Assembly: GCA_965209155.1 (NCBI GenBank)
Contig: OZ242383.1
Location: forward strand, 96,001 to 160,000
From: a bacterium
GTDB taxonomy: Bacteria; SAR324; NAC60-12
Direction of reading: 5' to 3'
Length of the DNA stretch: 64,000 nt
Shown: positions 10,483 through 19,867 of the stretch, in pieces
Position numbering within the stretch: position 1 is the first letter of the stretch
Layout of the letters: the number at the start of each line of letters is the position of its first letter
Made by a program: the position numbers and the translations under genes
The notes under the pieces: generated by a model
The model's database searches: none
The model's input: only the letters and a program-made list of their open reading frames with translations
Told to the model about the DNA's origin: nothing

Positions 10483-10875
10483 CTACTGTGGAGCCGAGTT
10501 TTTCATACCCGCAGTTTTCAGCAGAACGGCCGGCAGTCGCTTCAGTTCTTCGTTGCGCGGGTCCACTTCGAATCCGCCAGATTCCAATGCGGTGACGCCG
10601 AGCAGCGGTTCCGCCCCTTTGTCACCATAGACGATAGTGCCGCCTACGATTTCTCCCTTGAACTCGATCTCGGCGACGGTGATGTCCAAGGCGACGCGCT
10701 GGCCATCCGCAAGCACGTATTCGCGACGCCCTCTCGATTCCAGACCAATCTCTTCGAGACACTCCCTTGGTACGAGCGAGTCGAACGCGCCTGTGTCAAC
10801 CAGGAATTTTCCCGTCCAACTTCTCCGTCGATCCGCAGGATTGCGGATGGTTACGTCAACGTATGTCGCGCCCAT
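10483..10875 (-). CDS. Clan AA (retropepsin-like) aspartyl protease
   Basis: FLVDTGA catalytic motif, LADG flap, PLLGVTALE. Confidence 0.85.
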   Translation of the reverse strand: MGATYVDVTIRNPADRRRSWTGKFLVDTGAFDSLVPRECLEEIGLESRGRREYVLADGQRVALDITVAEIEFKGEIVGGTIVYGDKGAEPLLGVTALESGGFEVDPRNEELKRLPAVLLKTAGMKNSAPQ

Positions 10876-10909
10876 GCTGGTTTTTCCTTCTCGCTGGTGG
10901 ATTATTGAA

Positions 10910-11178
10910 GGGGTCAGACCTGGAAGTTTTGAATTTCAAGCAAAGATTCGAACCTGGAGGGGTTCGAGACGATCTTGGAGATTCCGGGATTGATTCGATT
11001 CCTCAATGGATGAACCCTGTCCCATCAGTCATCCCATTCCTAAACCGCTTTTTCCTGACTTTCAAGCCCGAAATTGTTGCAAAATATCTCACCGAATCCA
11101 GCGAGATCATTCAGACGATTGAAGGAATGCGAGGGGTTCCAAAATCAATTAAAGGAATTGAAACTTCAAATACTTGCT
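10910..11178 (+). mobile_element. RAYT-associated REP/REPIN-like remnant (unit D)
   Basis: Dispersed repeat of 4711-4980. Confidence 0.65.
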
Positions 11179-11305
11179 CAGGAATTTGGAGATTTTCCTG
11201 AAGATTCGATAAATATTGAATAGGATCAATTATATTAAATCCTTACTTGATATGTTAGAGAAAATATGGACATTTTGTCCTCCCAAACTTTAAATCCATG
11301 TCAGA

Positions 11306-11388
11306 TTAAGCAATCAAATCCTTATACGTTAAACGTATTTCTTCCATACCCTGCGCCGTCGAACCTAACGCTCGTTGGGTGAATCAGC
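11306..11388 (-). pseudogene. Probable IS1595-family transposase C-terminal remnant cut by the IS1634
   Basis: Minus-strand translation ...LGSTAQGMEEIRLTYKDLIA* resembles the RLTYKDLI C-terminus of IS1595/ISXO2-like transposases. Confidence 0.45.
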
Positions 11389-11500
11389 GGATCTTCACCC
11401 CGGTGTATTCTGATCAAAACCTTTAGTATACTGGGATAGAATTTTATTTTAGCGTCAAACTTGTAGTCACTAAAATTAAATAATATTTACAAATAAGACC

Positions 11501-11529
11501 TTGACAAAACTGGATATCCTGTTTATATT
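11501..11529 (+). promoter_or_regulatory. Sigma70-type promoter of the IS1634 transposase, probably giving a leaderless mRNA
   Basis: TTGACA (11501)-17 bp-TATATT (11524), ATG 6 nt later, no Shine-Dalgarno. Confidence 0.6.
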
Positions 11530-11535
11530 GTTGAC

Positions 11536-13188
11536 ATGCATGTTGTAGAAAATATATCCAAAGTTGGGAAAAAAATTTACCACTCCGTTTTGCTTCGGGA
11601 ATCCTACCGTGAAAATGGTAAGGTCAAAAAGCAGACCCTTGCCGATCTTTCCCATTGCACTGCTGAGGAAATTGCCGCCATCAAGCTGGCTCTGAAAAAT
11701 AAGGGTGATCCGGGTGCGCCGGAGTCGATCAAAGAGGAAGTCGAGTTAAAAGAAGGTCGCTCAGTTGGGGTGGTATGGACCCTTTATCAATTGGCCAAAA
11801 CTCTGGGAATGGAGAAAGCATTAGGGAAAACTTTTTCCGGAAAGTTGGCCCTCTGGCAGGTAATGGCCCGCCTCATCGATCAAGGCCCCGTCCTCTCTGC
11901 TGCGCGCTTGGCCAAAACGCATGAGGTGGGTTCGCTCTTAGGGTTCGCTCGCGGTTTTGATGAAAAAGATCTCTATGAGAATCTTCAATGGCTCGCCAAT
12001 AATCCAGTCCTGATCGAACAGGCGCTTTTCTCCCAGAGGCAAGCAGAGCGCTCGGTGGACCTCTTTTTCTACGATGTGACCAGCAGTTATTTAGAAGGAG
12101 AAGGCAACTTTTTTGAGCCCTATGGCTATAATCGCGATGGCAAGAAAGGCAAAGAACAAATCGTGATGGGATTGCTGTGTGACTGTCAAGGAGACCCGGT
12201 CTCTGCGGGGGTCCACGAGGTAAATACCCAAGATCCCCAAATCTTTGCCTCTCATTTGAAAACACTTGCCCGGTTCTTTGGTTGCCAAACAATCACTTTT
12301 GTCGGAGACCGGGGAATTATTAAAAGTATTCAGATTGCGGATCTACCAAAAGGATTTTATTATATTACCGCCATCACCCAACCCCAAATTCACACCCTGA
12401 TCCAAAAAGGACTGATCCACCCGGGTCTTTTTGATGAACAACCCTGTGAAGTGCAAAAGAAAGCGGTGCGTTACCTCCTGAAGCGCAATCCGATCCAAGC
12501 TCGGGAAATGAAGGAGACTCGTCTCTCTAATCAGCACGCTCTGGAAGCATTGCTCCACAGAAAAAATCTTTATCTCAAGGAGCATTCGAGGGCCAAACCG
12601 GCCACCGCCCTCAAAGCAGTCGAAGGGAAGATCAACGAGCTCAAAGTGGATAAATGGCTGCGCATTCAACAACAAGGAAGAACCTTGAGTTTAGTGCCGG
12701 ATCAAGAGGCTCTGAAAGAAGAAGCACTCTTGGATGGATGCTACGTCATTCAAACCAACCTGCCAAAGAAGAAGGCTGACCAGAAGATGGTTCTTGATCG
12801 TTACCGGGATTCAGCTCAAGTCGAAAAGGCCTTCCGCTCTTCTAAAACCTCCCGTCTGAAAGTGCGACCCTTTTATGCGCAGAGGGAAAAAAATACTTGC
12901 GGACGTGCCTTGGTCCTCATGTTGGCTTACCTGTTGCTTCGCCGCTTACAGCAAGCTTGGGAAGGCCTTGATTTGACTGCTGCAGAAGGACTGAAACAAC
13001 TGGCGACTCTTGGTGCCATCGAAGTGAAACTCAAAGGACAGGGAAGTTATCTCAAAATTCCAACTCCCCGTGAAGATTCCCAGAAACTATTGGAAGCCCT
13101 CAACATAAGGCTCCCTCATGCTTTACCTCATCGAAAAGTGACTGTAGTCACTAGAAAAAAGCGCATAAATGATCGATCAATCTATTAA
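11536..13188 (+). CDS. IS1634-family DDE transposase
   Basis: LLRESYRENGKVK, YDVTSSY, YGYNRDGKKG, FVGDRG, LDGCYV, VEKAFR. Confidence 0.9.
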   Translation: MHVVENISKVGKKIYHSVLLRESYRENGKVKKQTLADLSHCTAEEIAAIKLALKNKGDPGAPESIKEEVELKEGRSVGVVWTLYQLAKTLGMEKALGKTFSGKLALWQVMARLIDQGPVLSAARLAKTHEVGSLLGFARGFDEKDLYENLQWLANNPVLIEQALFSQRQAERSVDLFFYDVTSSYLEGEGNFFEPYGYNRDGKKGKEQIVMGLLCDCQGDPVSAGVHEVNTQDPQIFASHLKTLARFFGCQTITFVGDRGIIKSIQIADLPKGFYYITAITQPQIHTLIQKGLIHPGLFDEQPCEVQKKAVRYLLKRNPIQAREMKETRLSNQHALEALLHRKNLYLKEHSRAKPATALKAVEGKINELKVDKWLRIQQQGRTLSLVPDQEALKEEALLDGCYVIQTNLPKKKADQKMVLDRYRDSAQVEKAFRSSKTSRLKVRPFYAQREKNTCGRALVLMLAYLLLRRLQQAWEGLDLTAAEGLKQLATLGAIEVKLKGQGSYLKIPTPREDSQKLLEALNIRLPHALPHRKVTVVTRKKRINDRSIY

Positions 13189-13289
13189 ATATCAGTTATT
13201 TAAATCTTAATCAGCCCTCATCATCAGGGGTGAAGATCCATTCAAACGAGATTTTTCACTTAAAATCCTGTTTTTTAGTCTAAAAAAAA

Positions 13290-13525
13290 GGCACAAGGGG
13301 AAGGCACAAAGGCACAAAGGCACTGAGGGAAGGCACAAAGGCACAAAGGCACAAAGGCACAAAGGGGGGAAGGCACAAAGGCACAAAGGCACTGAGGGAA
13401 GGCACAAAGGCACAAAGGCACAAAGGCACAAAGGGGGGAAGGCATAAAGGCACAGAGGTAGACTGGATTCCTCGTCAAGCCAGGAAGGACACAAGAGGAA
13501 GGCACAAAGGCACAAAGGCACAAAG
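13290..13525 (+). repeat. GGCACAAA octamer tandem array interspersed with GGGGGAA
   Basis: Direct inspection. Confidence 0.95.
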
Positions 13526-13549
13526 GGGGGATTGGAGTCCTGCTCAAGA

Positions 13550-13710
13550 CAGGAAGGTTGGAAATCCTTTCTATGGAGACGATTCGACGATCCGCTTGGC
13601 CGTGAACCGCTCGAGAAAACAATTGAAGGAATCCGAGGGGCTCCATAATCAATCAGAGGAACTGAAACTTCAAATACTTGCTTGAAGTTCCAAACTTACA
13701 AGCCTGACAC
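13550..13710 (+). pseudogene. RAYT C-terminal (DnaA-C-like HTH) remnant plus right end CAAACTTACAAGCCTGACAC
   Basis: Frame KVGNPFYGDDSTIRLAVNRSRKQLKESEGLHNQSEELKLQILA*; the same tail occurs at about 4915-4982, 8521-8554, 11115-11178 and 14410-14443. Confidence 0.6.
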
Positions 13711-14699
13711 TTTTTTGATCAACGTCATCTCGTAACTCACTTTATAAATCGATTCTGCCAATTCAAGAGCTTGAAGTATTCTGAGATTCTACTGACAAGA
13801 CCGGATCTACGGGGGCTCGATGAATTGCATTGGATCATTTATGCGTTGGGATGCGGCCATCTTCAAAGTCAATGAAATAGTCCTTTTTCACCTGACAAGA
13901 ACTATTGCTTCATGCTAAAGAATCGCTCTCTGTCGATTCTACGGATTCGGGATGCCCTGTTCAGTTCAGCTGAGGCTGTTGAGAGAAAGTCATCACCACC
14001 GGCAGAACCGGTGGCTTGAAGAGGCCCCCAGGATGAGGGCAAAACGTGTTCGTCATCGTAAGACGTGCTCGTGCTCGTGAACGAAAAAGACTGCCATGTT
14101 AGATCATGAAAAACTCGATGTATACCAATGTTCCATCGAATTTTTAGCGTTACCTGTCCAAGTCGTCGAAACATTGCCAAAAGGATACTCAGCCTTAGTT
14201 GACCAACAGAAAAGGGCCTCATGGTCGATTATTTGACGAAGGGAAACAGTTACTTCATCGCATTGTTTCTATGTTAACCAAAATGTGCCGTCGAATTCAC
14301 TGACCGTTCACGAGCACGAGCACGGCTAACGGACACGGATACGTTTCTCATGTCTGACCGGCAAAGCCTATTAGGTTCGCACCAGCAGAGCTGGTGGTTT
14401 AATGAGATCAATCAGAGGAACTGAAACGTCAAATTCCTGCTTGAAGTTCCAAACATCCAAGCCTGACACGTTTTTGATAGACGTCCTCTCGTAACTCTCT
14501 TTAAAAAATCGATTCTGCCAATTCAAGAGCTTTAAGTATTCTGAGATTCTACTGACAAGACCGGATCTACGGGGGCTCGATGAATTGCATTGGATCATTT
14601 ATGCGTTGGGATGCGGCCATCTTCAAAGTCAATGAAATTATCCTTTTTCACCTGACAAGAACTATTGCTTCATGCTAAAAATCGCTCTCTGTGGATTCT
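13651..14699 (+). repeat. Direct duplication of about 290 bp (13651-13940 and 14410-14699) flanking IVP element copy 3
   Basis: Near-identical AATCAGAGGAACTGAAAC...GCTCTCTGT.GATTCT segments. Confidence 0.85.
13988..14409 (+). mobile_element. IVP element copy 3, same 140-bp deletion as copy 2
   Basis: 422 bp; identical deletion junction. Confidence 0.9.
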
Positions 14700-15022
14700 C
14701 TCGCTACCTGTCCGGGTGGAACGATATTCCCATGGTCTGCTGAAGGCGATGATTCCAAATGATCAGTCGGAAGAATGATGAAGAGAGGTCGTAAATAATG
14801 AGCCATGTAAAAAAAAACTTGACATTGTCAGAATTTTATAGTATTAATGCGTCAATAATTAAATGGTACATGCAAAAAAGGGCACCCATAATCAACGGCG
14901 CGTTTTTATGCACCAGTCGTGCGTGATACTCTGAAGGTGTGGAGTGAGACGCAAAATTGGGGATAGTAGGAAGTTTTGTAAATTCCCTGTCAGTATTTTG
15001 ATTTTTTTTAAGGATGAAAAAA

Positions 15023-15415
15023 ATGGCAAGAAATACGAAATTGAACCTGAAAATACAAAGAAAAATTTGCGATGCTCTGAAACGAGGGCACTACATGAGA
15101 ACTGCGGCTCCGCTAGCCGGCGTATCCGCACGAAGCGCGCAAAGCTGGCTGGCGCGAGGGCAGGCGGAAGAAAAACGTAGGGCCAGTGGGGATGGTGCGG
15201 ACCCAAAGGAAGCAATTTACCTGGATTTTATGCTCGCGACTGAAGAAGCGACGTCGCACGCGGTGGATATCGCCTTACAGACATTGACATCTGAGATTGC
15301 AAAAAACTCCAAGGCGGCGCAATGGTACTTGTCCCACCGTTTCTCCGGAAGCTGGGTGGGGATCGAAGAGTTGGAAGAGCGGATCGTGAAACTGGAAGCA
15401 GCTTCGGAAGAGTAA
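15023..15415 (+). CDS. Phage-type HTH protein resembling terminase small subunits
   Basis: TKL...KICDALKRGHY..TAA.LAGVS.....SWLARG and KAAQWYLSHRF...W pattern common in phage TerS-like proteins. Confidence 0.55.
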   Translation: MARNTKLNLKIQRKICDALKRGHYMRTAAPLAGVSARSAQSWLARGQAEEKRRASGDGADPKEAIYLDFMLATEEATSHAVDIALQTLTSEIAKNSKAAQWYLSHRFSGSWVGIEELEERIVKLEAASEE

Positions 15416-15419
15416 TAGG

Positions 15420-15920
15420 ATGAGATTGACAAAGGCTAAAATGCGTGAATTGTTTAAGCGCGTGGCAAAACTGGAAAATAAGAAAAAGTCAAAGCCAGCA
15501 CTGGAAGAAATACTCTGTACTGCTAAAAGGTGTGATCATGCCGGGGTCGAGTGCAAATGTACCTGCGAGAATCATATTGCGGAGAGTTTAGAAGAGTTTG
15601 TGGCAAGACCGGTAAATTGCATTTGCCGGCAGTTTCACAAACCCCCCATAATACCTTGCGGATGCGTGAGTATGGAAGAGTTGAACAGTATTGAAGGTTA
15701 TTCTATTTCAATTGATCTTGATTGGTCTTTAGTAGATAACTATTCGAAATTACGGCAAATAGTGCCGGGTATGTTCCGTTTTGATTGCAACCAAAATATG
15801 GATTCATTTAAGATATGTAGAAGGGATAATGAGATAATAAAAAAGGTTGAAGGAAGAGTAGAAATACTAGCTGAGATTCCCTATAAGAAACTCCTGGCAC
15901 GCTACGGTGTGAGTCCGTAG
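15420..15920 (+). CDS. Hypothetical Cys-rich protein
   Basis: 166 aa, 4 nt after the upstream stop, CxCxC / CxC clusters. Confidence 0.5.
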   Translation: MRLTKAKMRELFKRVAKLENKKKSKPALEEILCTAKRCDHAGVECKCTCENHIAESLEEFVARPVNCICRQFHKPPIIPCGCVSMEELNSIEGYSISIDLDWSLVDNYSKLRQIVPGMFRFDCNQNMDSFKICRRDNEIIKKVEGRVEILAEIPYKKLLARYGVSP

Positions 15921-15929
15921 ATGCCCTCT

Positions 15930-17767
15930 ATGTCATTCTCGCGAAACTTGTCCCCGCGAAACTTGTCCCTGCGAAAGCAGGGAGCAGGGAGCAGGAATCC
16001 TGAATGTCTTGAGCGCCCCTGGATTCCGGGTCTGGGCCCGGAATGACACAAGGGGGGGAAGGGGGGAAGGCACAAAGGCACAAAGGCACAAAGGCACAAA
16101 GGGGGGAAGGACTCAAAGGCAGAATGGATTCCGGGTCTGGGACCGGAATGACACAAGGGGAAGGCACAAAGGCACAAAGGCACAAAGGGGGGAAGGCACA
16201 AAGGCACAAAGGCACAAAGGGGGGAAGGACTCAAAGGCAGGCTGGATTCCTGGATTGGGGTTTTTCGCCGGGAATGACATGCTCCTGGATTGGGGTTTTT
16301 CGCCGGGAATGACGCGTATTTGGCCGTTTTTTGCACGGAATGACACGCTTAAGGAATTCAGAAGAGGAGATCGGATTTTCAGGTCGAGTGAAGAAACTGA
16401 AGAAATACCAGGCAATATTCCGCGCAAGCAGGAATCCTGGATGTCTTGAGCGCCCCTGGATTCCGGGTCTGGGCCCGGAATGACACGTTCCTGTATTGGT
16501 GGTCTTAGCCCGGAATGACATGCTTTTGGATTGGGGTTTTTCGTCGGAAATGACACGTTTTTGGCCGTTTTTTGCACGAAATGACACGTTTTTGGCCGTT
16601 TTTTGCACGGAATGGCAGCTTTTAGCTATTCAGAAGAGGAGATCGGATTTTCAGGTCGAGTGAAGAAACTGAAGAAATACCAGGCAATATTCCGCGCAAG
16701 CAGGAATCCTGAATGTCTTGAGCGCCCCTGGATTCCGGGTCTGGGCCCGGAATGACACATTCCTGGATTCGGGTTTTTAGCCGTGAATGACATGCTCCTG
16801 GATGGCTGTTTTTTGCCGGAAATGACACGTTTTTGGCCGTTTTTGGCCGGAATTGACACACTTTTGGCCGTTTTTTGCCCGGAATGACAAAAGGGGAAGG
16901 CACAAAGGGGGGAAGGACTCAAAGGCAGGCTGGATTCCGGGTCTGGGTCAAGAATGACACAAGGGGAAGGCACAAAGGCACAAGGGGAAGGCACAAAGGC
17001 ACAAAGGCACAAAGGCACAAAGGGGGGAAGGACTCAAAGGCAGGCTGGATTCCTGGATTGGGGTTTTTCGCCGGGAATGACACAAGGGGAAGGCACAGAG
17101 GCAGAATGGAGTCCTCGTCAAGCCAGGAAGGACACAAGGGGAAGGCACAAAGGGGGGAAGGCACAAAGGCACAAAGGCACAAAGGGGGGAAGGACTCAAA
17201 GGCAGGCTGGATTCCTGGATTGGGGTTTTTCGCCGGAAATGACACGTTTTTGGCCGTTTTTTGCCTGTAATGACACGCACTTGGCTGTTTTTTTGCCGGA
17301 ATGACACAAGGGGAAGGCACAAAGGCACAAAGGCACAAAGGCACAGAGGCAGACTGTATTCCTGGTCTGGGCCAAGAATGACACAAGGGGAAGGCACAAA
17401 GGCACAAAGGCACAAAGGCACAAAGGGGGGAAGGACTCAAAGGCAGGCTGGATTCCTGGATTGGGGTTTTTCGCCGGAAATGACACGTTTTTGGCCGTTT
17501 TTTGCCTGTAATGACACGCACTTGGCTGTTTTTTTGCCGGAATGACACAAGGGGAAGGCACAAAGGCACAAAGGCACAAAGGCACAAAGGGGGGAAGGAC
17601 TCAAAGGCAGGCTGGATTCCGGGTCTGGGCCCGGAATGACACGTTTCTGGATTGGGGTTTTTCGCCGGGAATGACATGCTCCTGGATTGGTGTTTTTTGG
17701 CCGGAATGACACGTTTTTGGCCGTTTTTTGCCTGTAATGACACGCACTTGGATTGGGGTTTTTCGCC
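15930..17767. repeat. 1.8-kb mosaic array of GGCACAAA octamers and GGATTCC...GGAATGAC palindromic (REP/dRS3-like) units, with higher-order duplications (period about 241 bp at 17176/17417; about 130 bp at 16357/16628)
   Basis: Direct inspection; the overlapping repetitive ORFs are spurious. Confidence 0.9.
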
Positions 17768-17860
17768 TTTTATGAGGTCATGCTGGAGAGTTTGGAAAAA
17801 GTCGAATTCAGGTTATTCATAAATTCGAATCGCTTGGAATTCAAAAAATGAGAGGTAGCC

Positions 17861-18685
17861 ATGACAACACTTGAAGGGAAGGTCGCCCTGATTACCGGAG
17901 GGGGACGCGGGATCGGACGCGGAATCGCCATGGCGCTGGCAAAAGCCGGAGCCGACATCGCGATCACCGACGTTGATCAAATCGCCAGTGCGGAGCAGCA
18001 ATACGGAACAGAGGAGATTGGCGGTTTGAACGCGGCTCAAAAGACCCGGGACGAAATCACGGCCATGGGTCGACGGGCCATCGCCATGCACGCTGATGTG
18101 AGAAAGAAAGCAGACACGCAAGGTATGGTGGCGGAAACCGTGCGGCAACTCGGCGCTCTGAATATCCTCGTTTGCAATGCCGGGGTTATCAGTATATCCA
18201 CAGTTGAGGAGTTGAGTGAGGAAAGCTGGGACCTGATCCTGGACGTGAACGCCAAAGGGGTGTTCCTCTCGTGTCAGGCAGCCATTCCGGTTTTGAAAAG
18301 CCAGGACGCCGGAGGCTGTATCATCAACATCGCCTCCGATGCGGGGAAGAATGGCAACGTTCGATTGGCGCACTACTGCGCCTCGAAATTTGCCGTGGTC
18401 GGTTTCACAAATGCCCTTGCGAAAGAGCTGGCGCCCGACGATATCCGGGTCAATGCGATTTGTCCGGGAATCCTCCGTACGCAGATGTGGGAGTACCTGG
18501 CGGATGGATTCAGGCAGGAAAACGAAACCAAAGAGCAATCCTGGCAGCGACTCGTGCGGACCGTGATCCCGCTCGGCCGCCCGCAAACCCCGGAAGACAT
18601 CGGTCAGATGGCAGTCTACCTGGCCTGCGCAAAAAACGTCACCGGGCAGGCAGTCAACGTGGATGGAGGCAACCAGTTGCACTGA
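17861..18685 (+). CDS. SDR-family NAD(P)-dependent oxidoreductase
   Basis: TGGGRGIG, CNAG, YCASK. Confidence 0.9.
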   Translation: MTTLEGKVALITGGGRGIGRGIAMALAKAGADIAITDVDQIASAEQQYGTEEIGGLNAAQKTRDEITAMGRRAIAMHADVRKKADTQGMVAETVRQLGALNILVCNAGVISISTVEELSEESWDLILDVNAKGVFLSCQAAIPVLKSQDAGGCIINIASDAGKNGNVRLAHYCASKFAVVGFTNALAKELAPDDIRVNAICPGILRTQMWEYLADGFRQENETKEQSWQRLVRTVIPLGRPQTPEDIGQMAVYLACAKNVTGQAVNVDGGNQLH

Positions 18686-18686
18686 T

Positions 18687-19805
18687 TCAGGATTCAAATC
18701 GGAACGCATTCAAACGCTCCGGATGGAAAGGGGCGATATCGACCGTGGAGGTCTGACCGTCTACGATCAATTCTGCCATTGCTTCGCCAGTGGCGGGTCC
18801 ATTGAGCATTCCCCAGACACTGTGCCCGGTTGCCACGAATGCCCCTTCCACTCCAGGCACGGGTCCGATCAAGGGCAGACCATCTTCGGTAATGGGACGA
18901 TAGCAGGCCTGCCCGGCCAAGACTTCCGACTTTCCCAATTGCGGGGCGAAGGTCGTCGTTATGGCGCGCAAGCGGTCACATGCGCCCGCTTCCACGTTTA
19001 CCCTGGAGGGATCGATGGGTAAGGGCTCATCACCGGACAAGCCGCAAACGTAGGTGGTGCCATCGCTCCGGGGCATCACTTCCGGGTGAACGCCGGCGTC
19101 GGTTTCGATCTCTACAAAGAGCGCACGGGGTTCGGGCGGTGCGTAACGGAAGACCAGGCTATGGCCCTTGAGACCATAAATGGCGGGTAACGGCAACCAC
19201 CGGCATGCGAGAATCGACCAAGGCCCCATTGCGATGACCACCTTAGCCGTTTCCAGCATTTCGTTGTCGACCCATACGCCTTTCACTCGTCGGCCACTGG
19301 GATCCAAGACGACCTCTCGCACCACGCCCGAGAGATGGCGCGCGCCTCTCGCTTCGGCTGCCGTCATCATCCCTCGCGTGAATTCCGCCGGGTTCACTTG
19401 AGCCGTCGTCTCCTCCGTTCCGATCCGCGCGTGGACCACTGCATGGGGCGCGAGCCAGCCTGGCGATTTCATGCGGGCCCATTTGCTGAGATCACGACCT
19501 TCACTGGCAACAACGCTCAAGGTGTCCAAGCGACGGTAACCCCAATCCAAATTCATTTCGGACCCGAGGGTCGATGCCAATTCCCCATGGAGAGAAAAAC
19601 TATGCCGCGCCAGGGCATCGACAGGCGTCCCCTAGCACCAGTCGAGCGCGAGGAAACCGCCTGATTTACCGGAGGCGGCATTGGCAATCGCCGTGCGTTC
19701 GACGACGAGCGTTTCCACGTTCCGGAGGCTGAGAAAATAAGCGATCGATGCTCCAATAACGCCTCCCCCGCAAATTACGACTCGTGGTGGATGGTTTGAG
19801 GACAT
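18687..19805 (-). pseudogene. FAD-dependent oxidoreductase (DAO/glycine oxidase family) with in-frame TAG at codon 58
   Basis: ATG 19805 MSSNHPPRVVICGGGVIGAS...ASGKSGGFLALDWC*GTP continues in frame into the 297-aa ORF (CYRP, ATGHSVWG); TAG at 19632-19634. Confidence 0.8.
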
Positions 19806-19867
19806 ATTCCTGCTCGTAGTGATAAAAATGAGATTCCTGTTTGAATTCAGCGATTACATCAACGGAT

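Larger units (their letters stand above)
11389..13239 (+). mobile_element. IS1634-family insertion sequence
   Basis: Perfect 13-bp inverted repeat GGATCTTCACCCC (11389) / GGGGTGAAGATCC (13227-13239); direct TGTAGTCACTA boxes at 11462 and 13143; no clear target duplication. Confidence 0.75.

Noticed and set aside
11136..11164. GTTCCAAAATCAATTAAAGGAATTGAAAC and relatives (about 4937, 8521, 13640, 14410) resemble CRISPR repeats ending ATTGAAAC, close to a cas operon
   Set aside because: Copies are kilobases apart, their flanks are conserved rather than unique spacers, and the motif is part of the RAYT C-terminal coding remnant (EELKxQILA*)
15902..17743. Numerous ORFs with PLCLCAFV / GTKAQRHK repeats (also 13207-13652)
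   Set aside because: Translations of the GGCACAAA octamer open in several frames on both strands; no evidence of coding
15930..17767. CRISPR array
   Set aside because: No constant repeat with unique, equal-length spacers
19632..19634. Pyrrolysine or stop-codon reassignment
   Set aside because: Single instance; TAG terminates other genes in the window; no pyl genes seen
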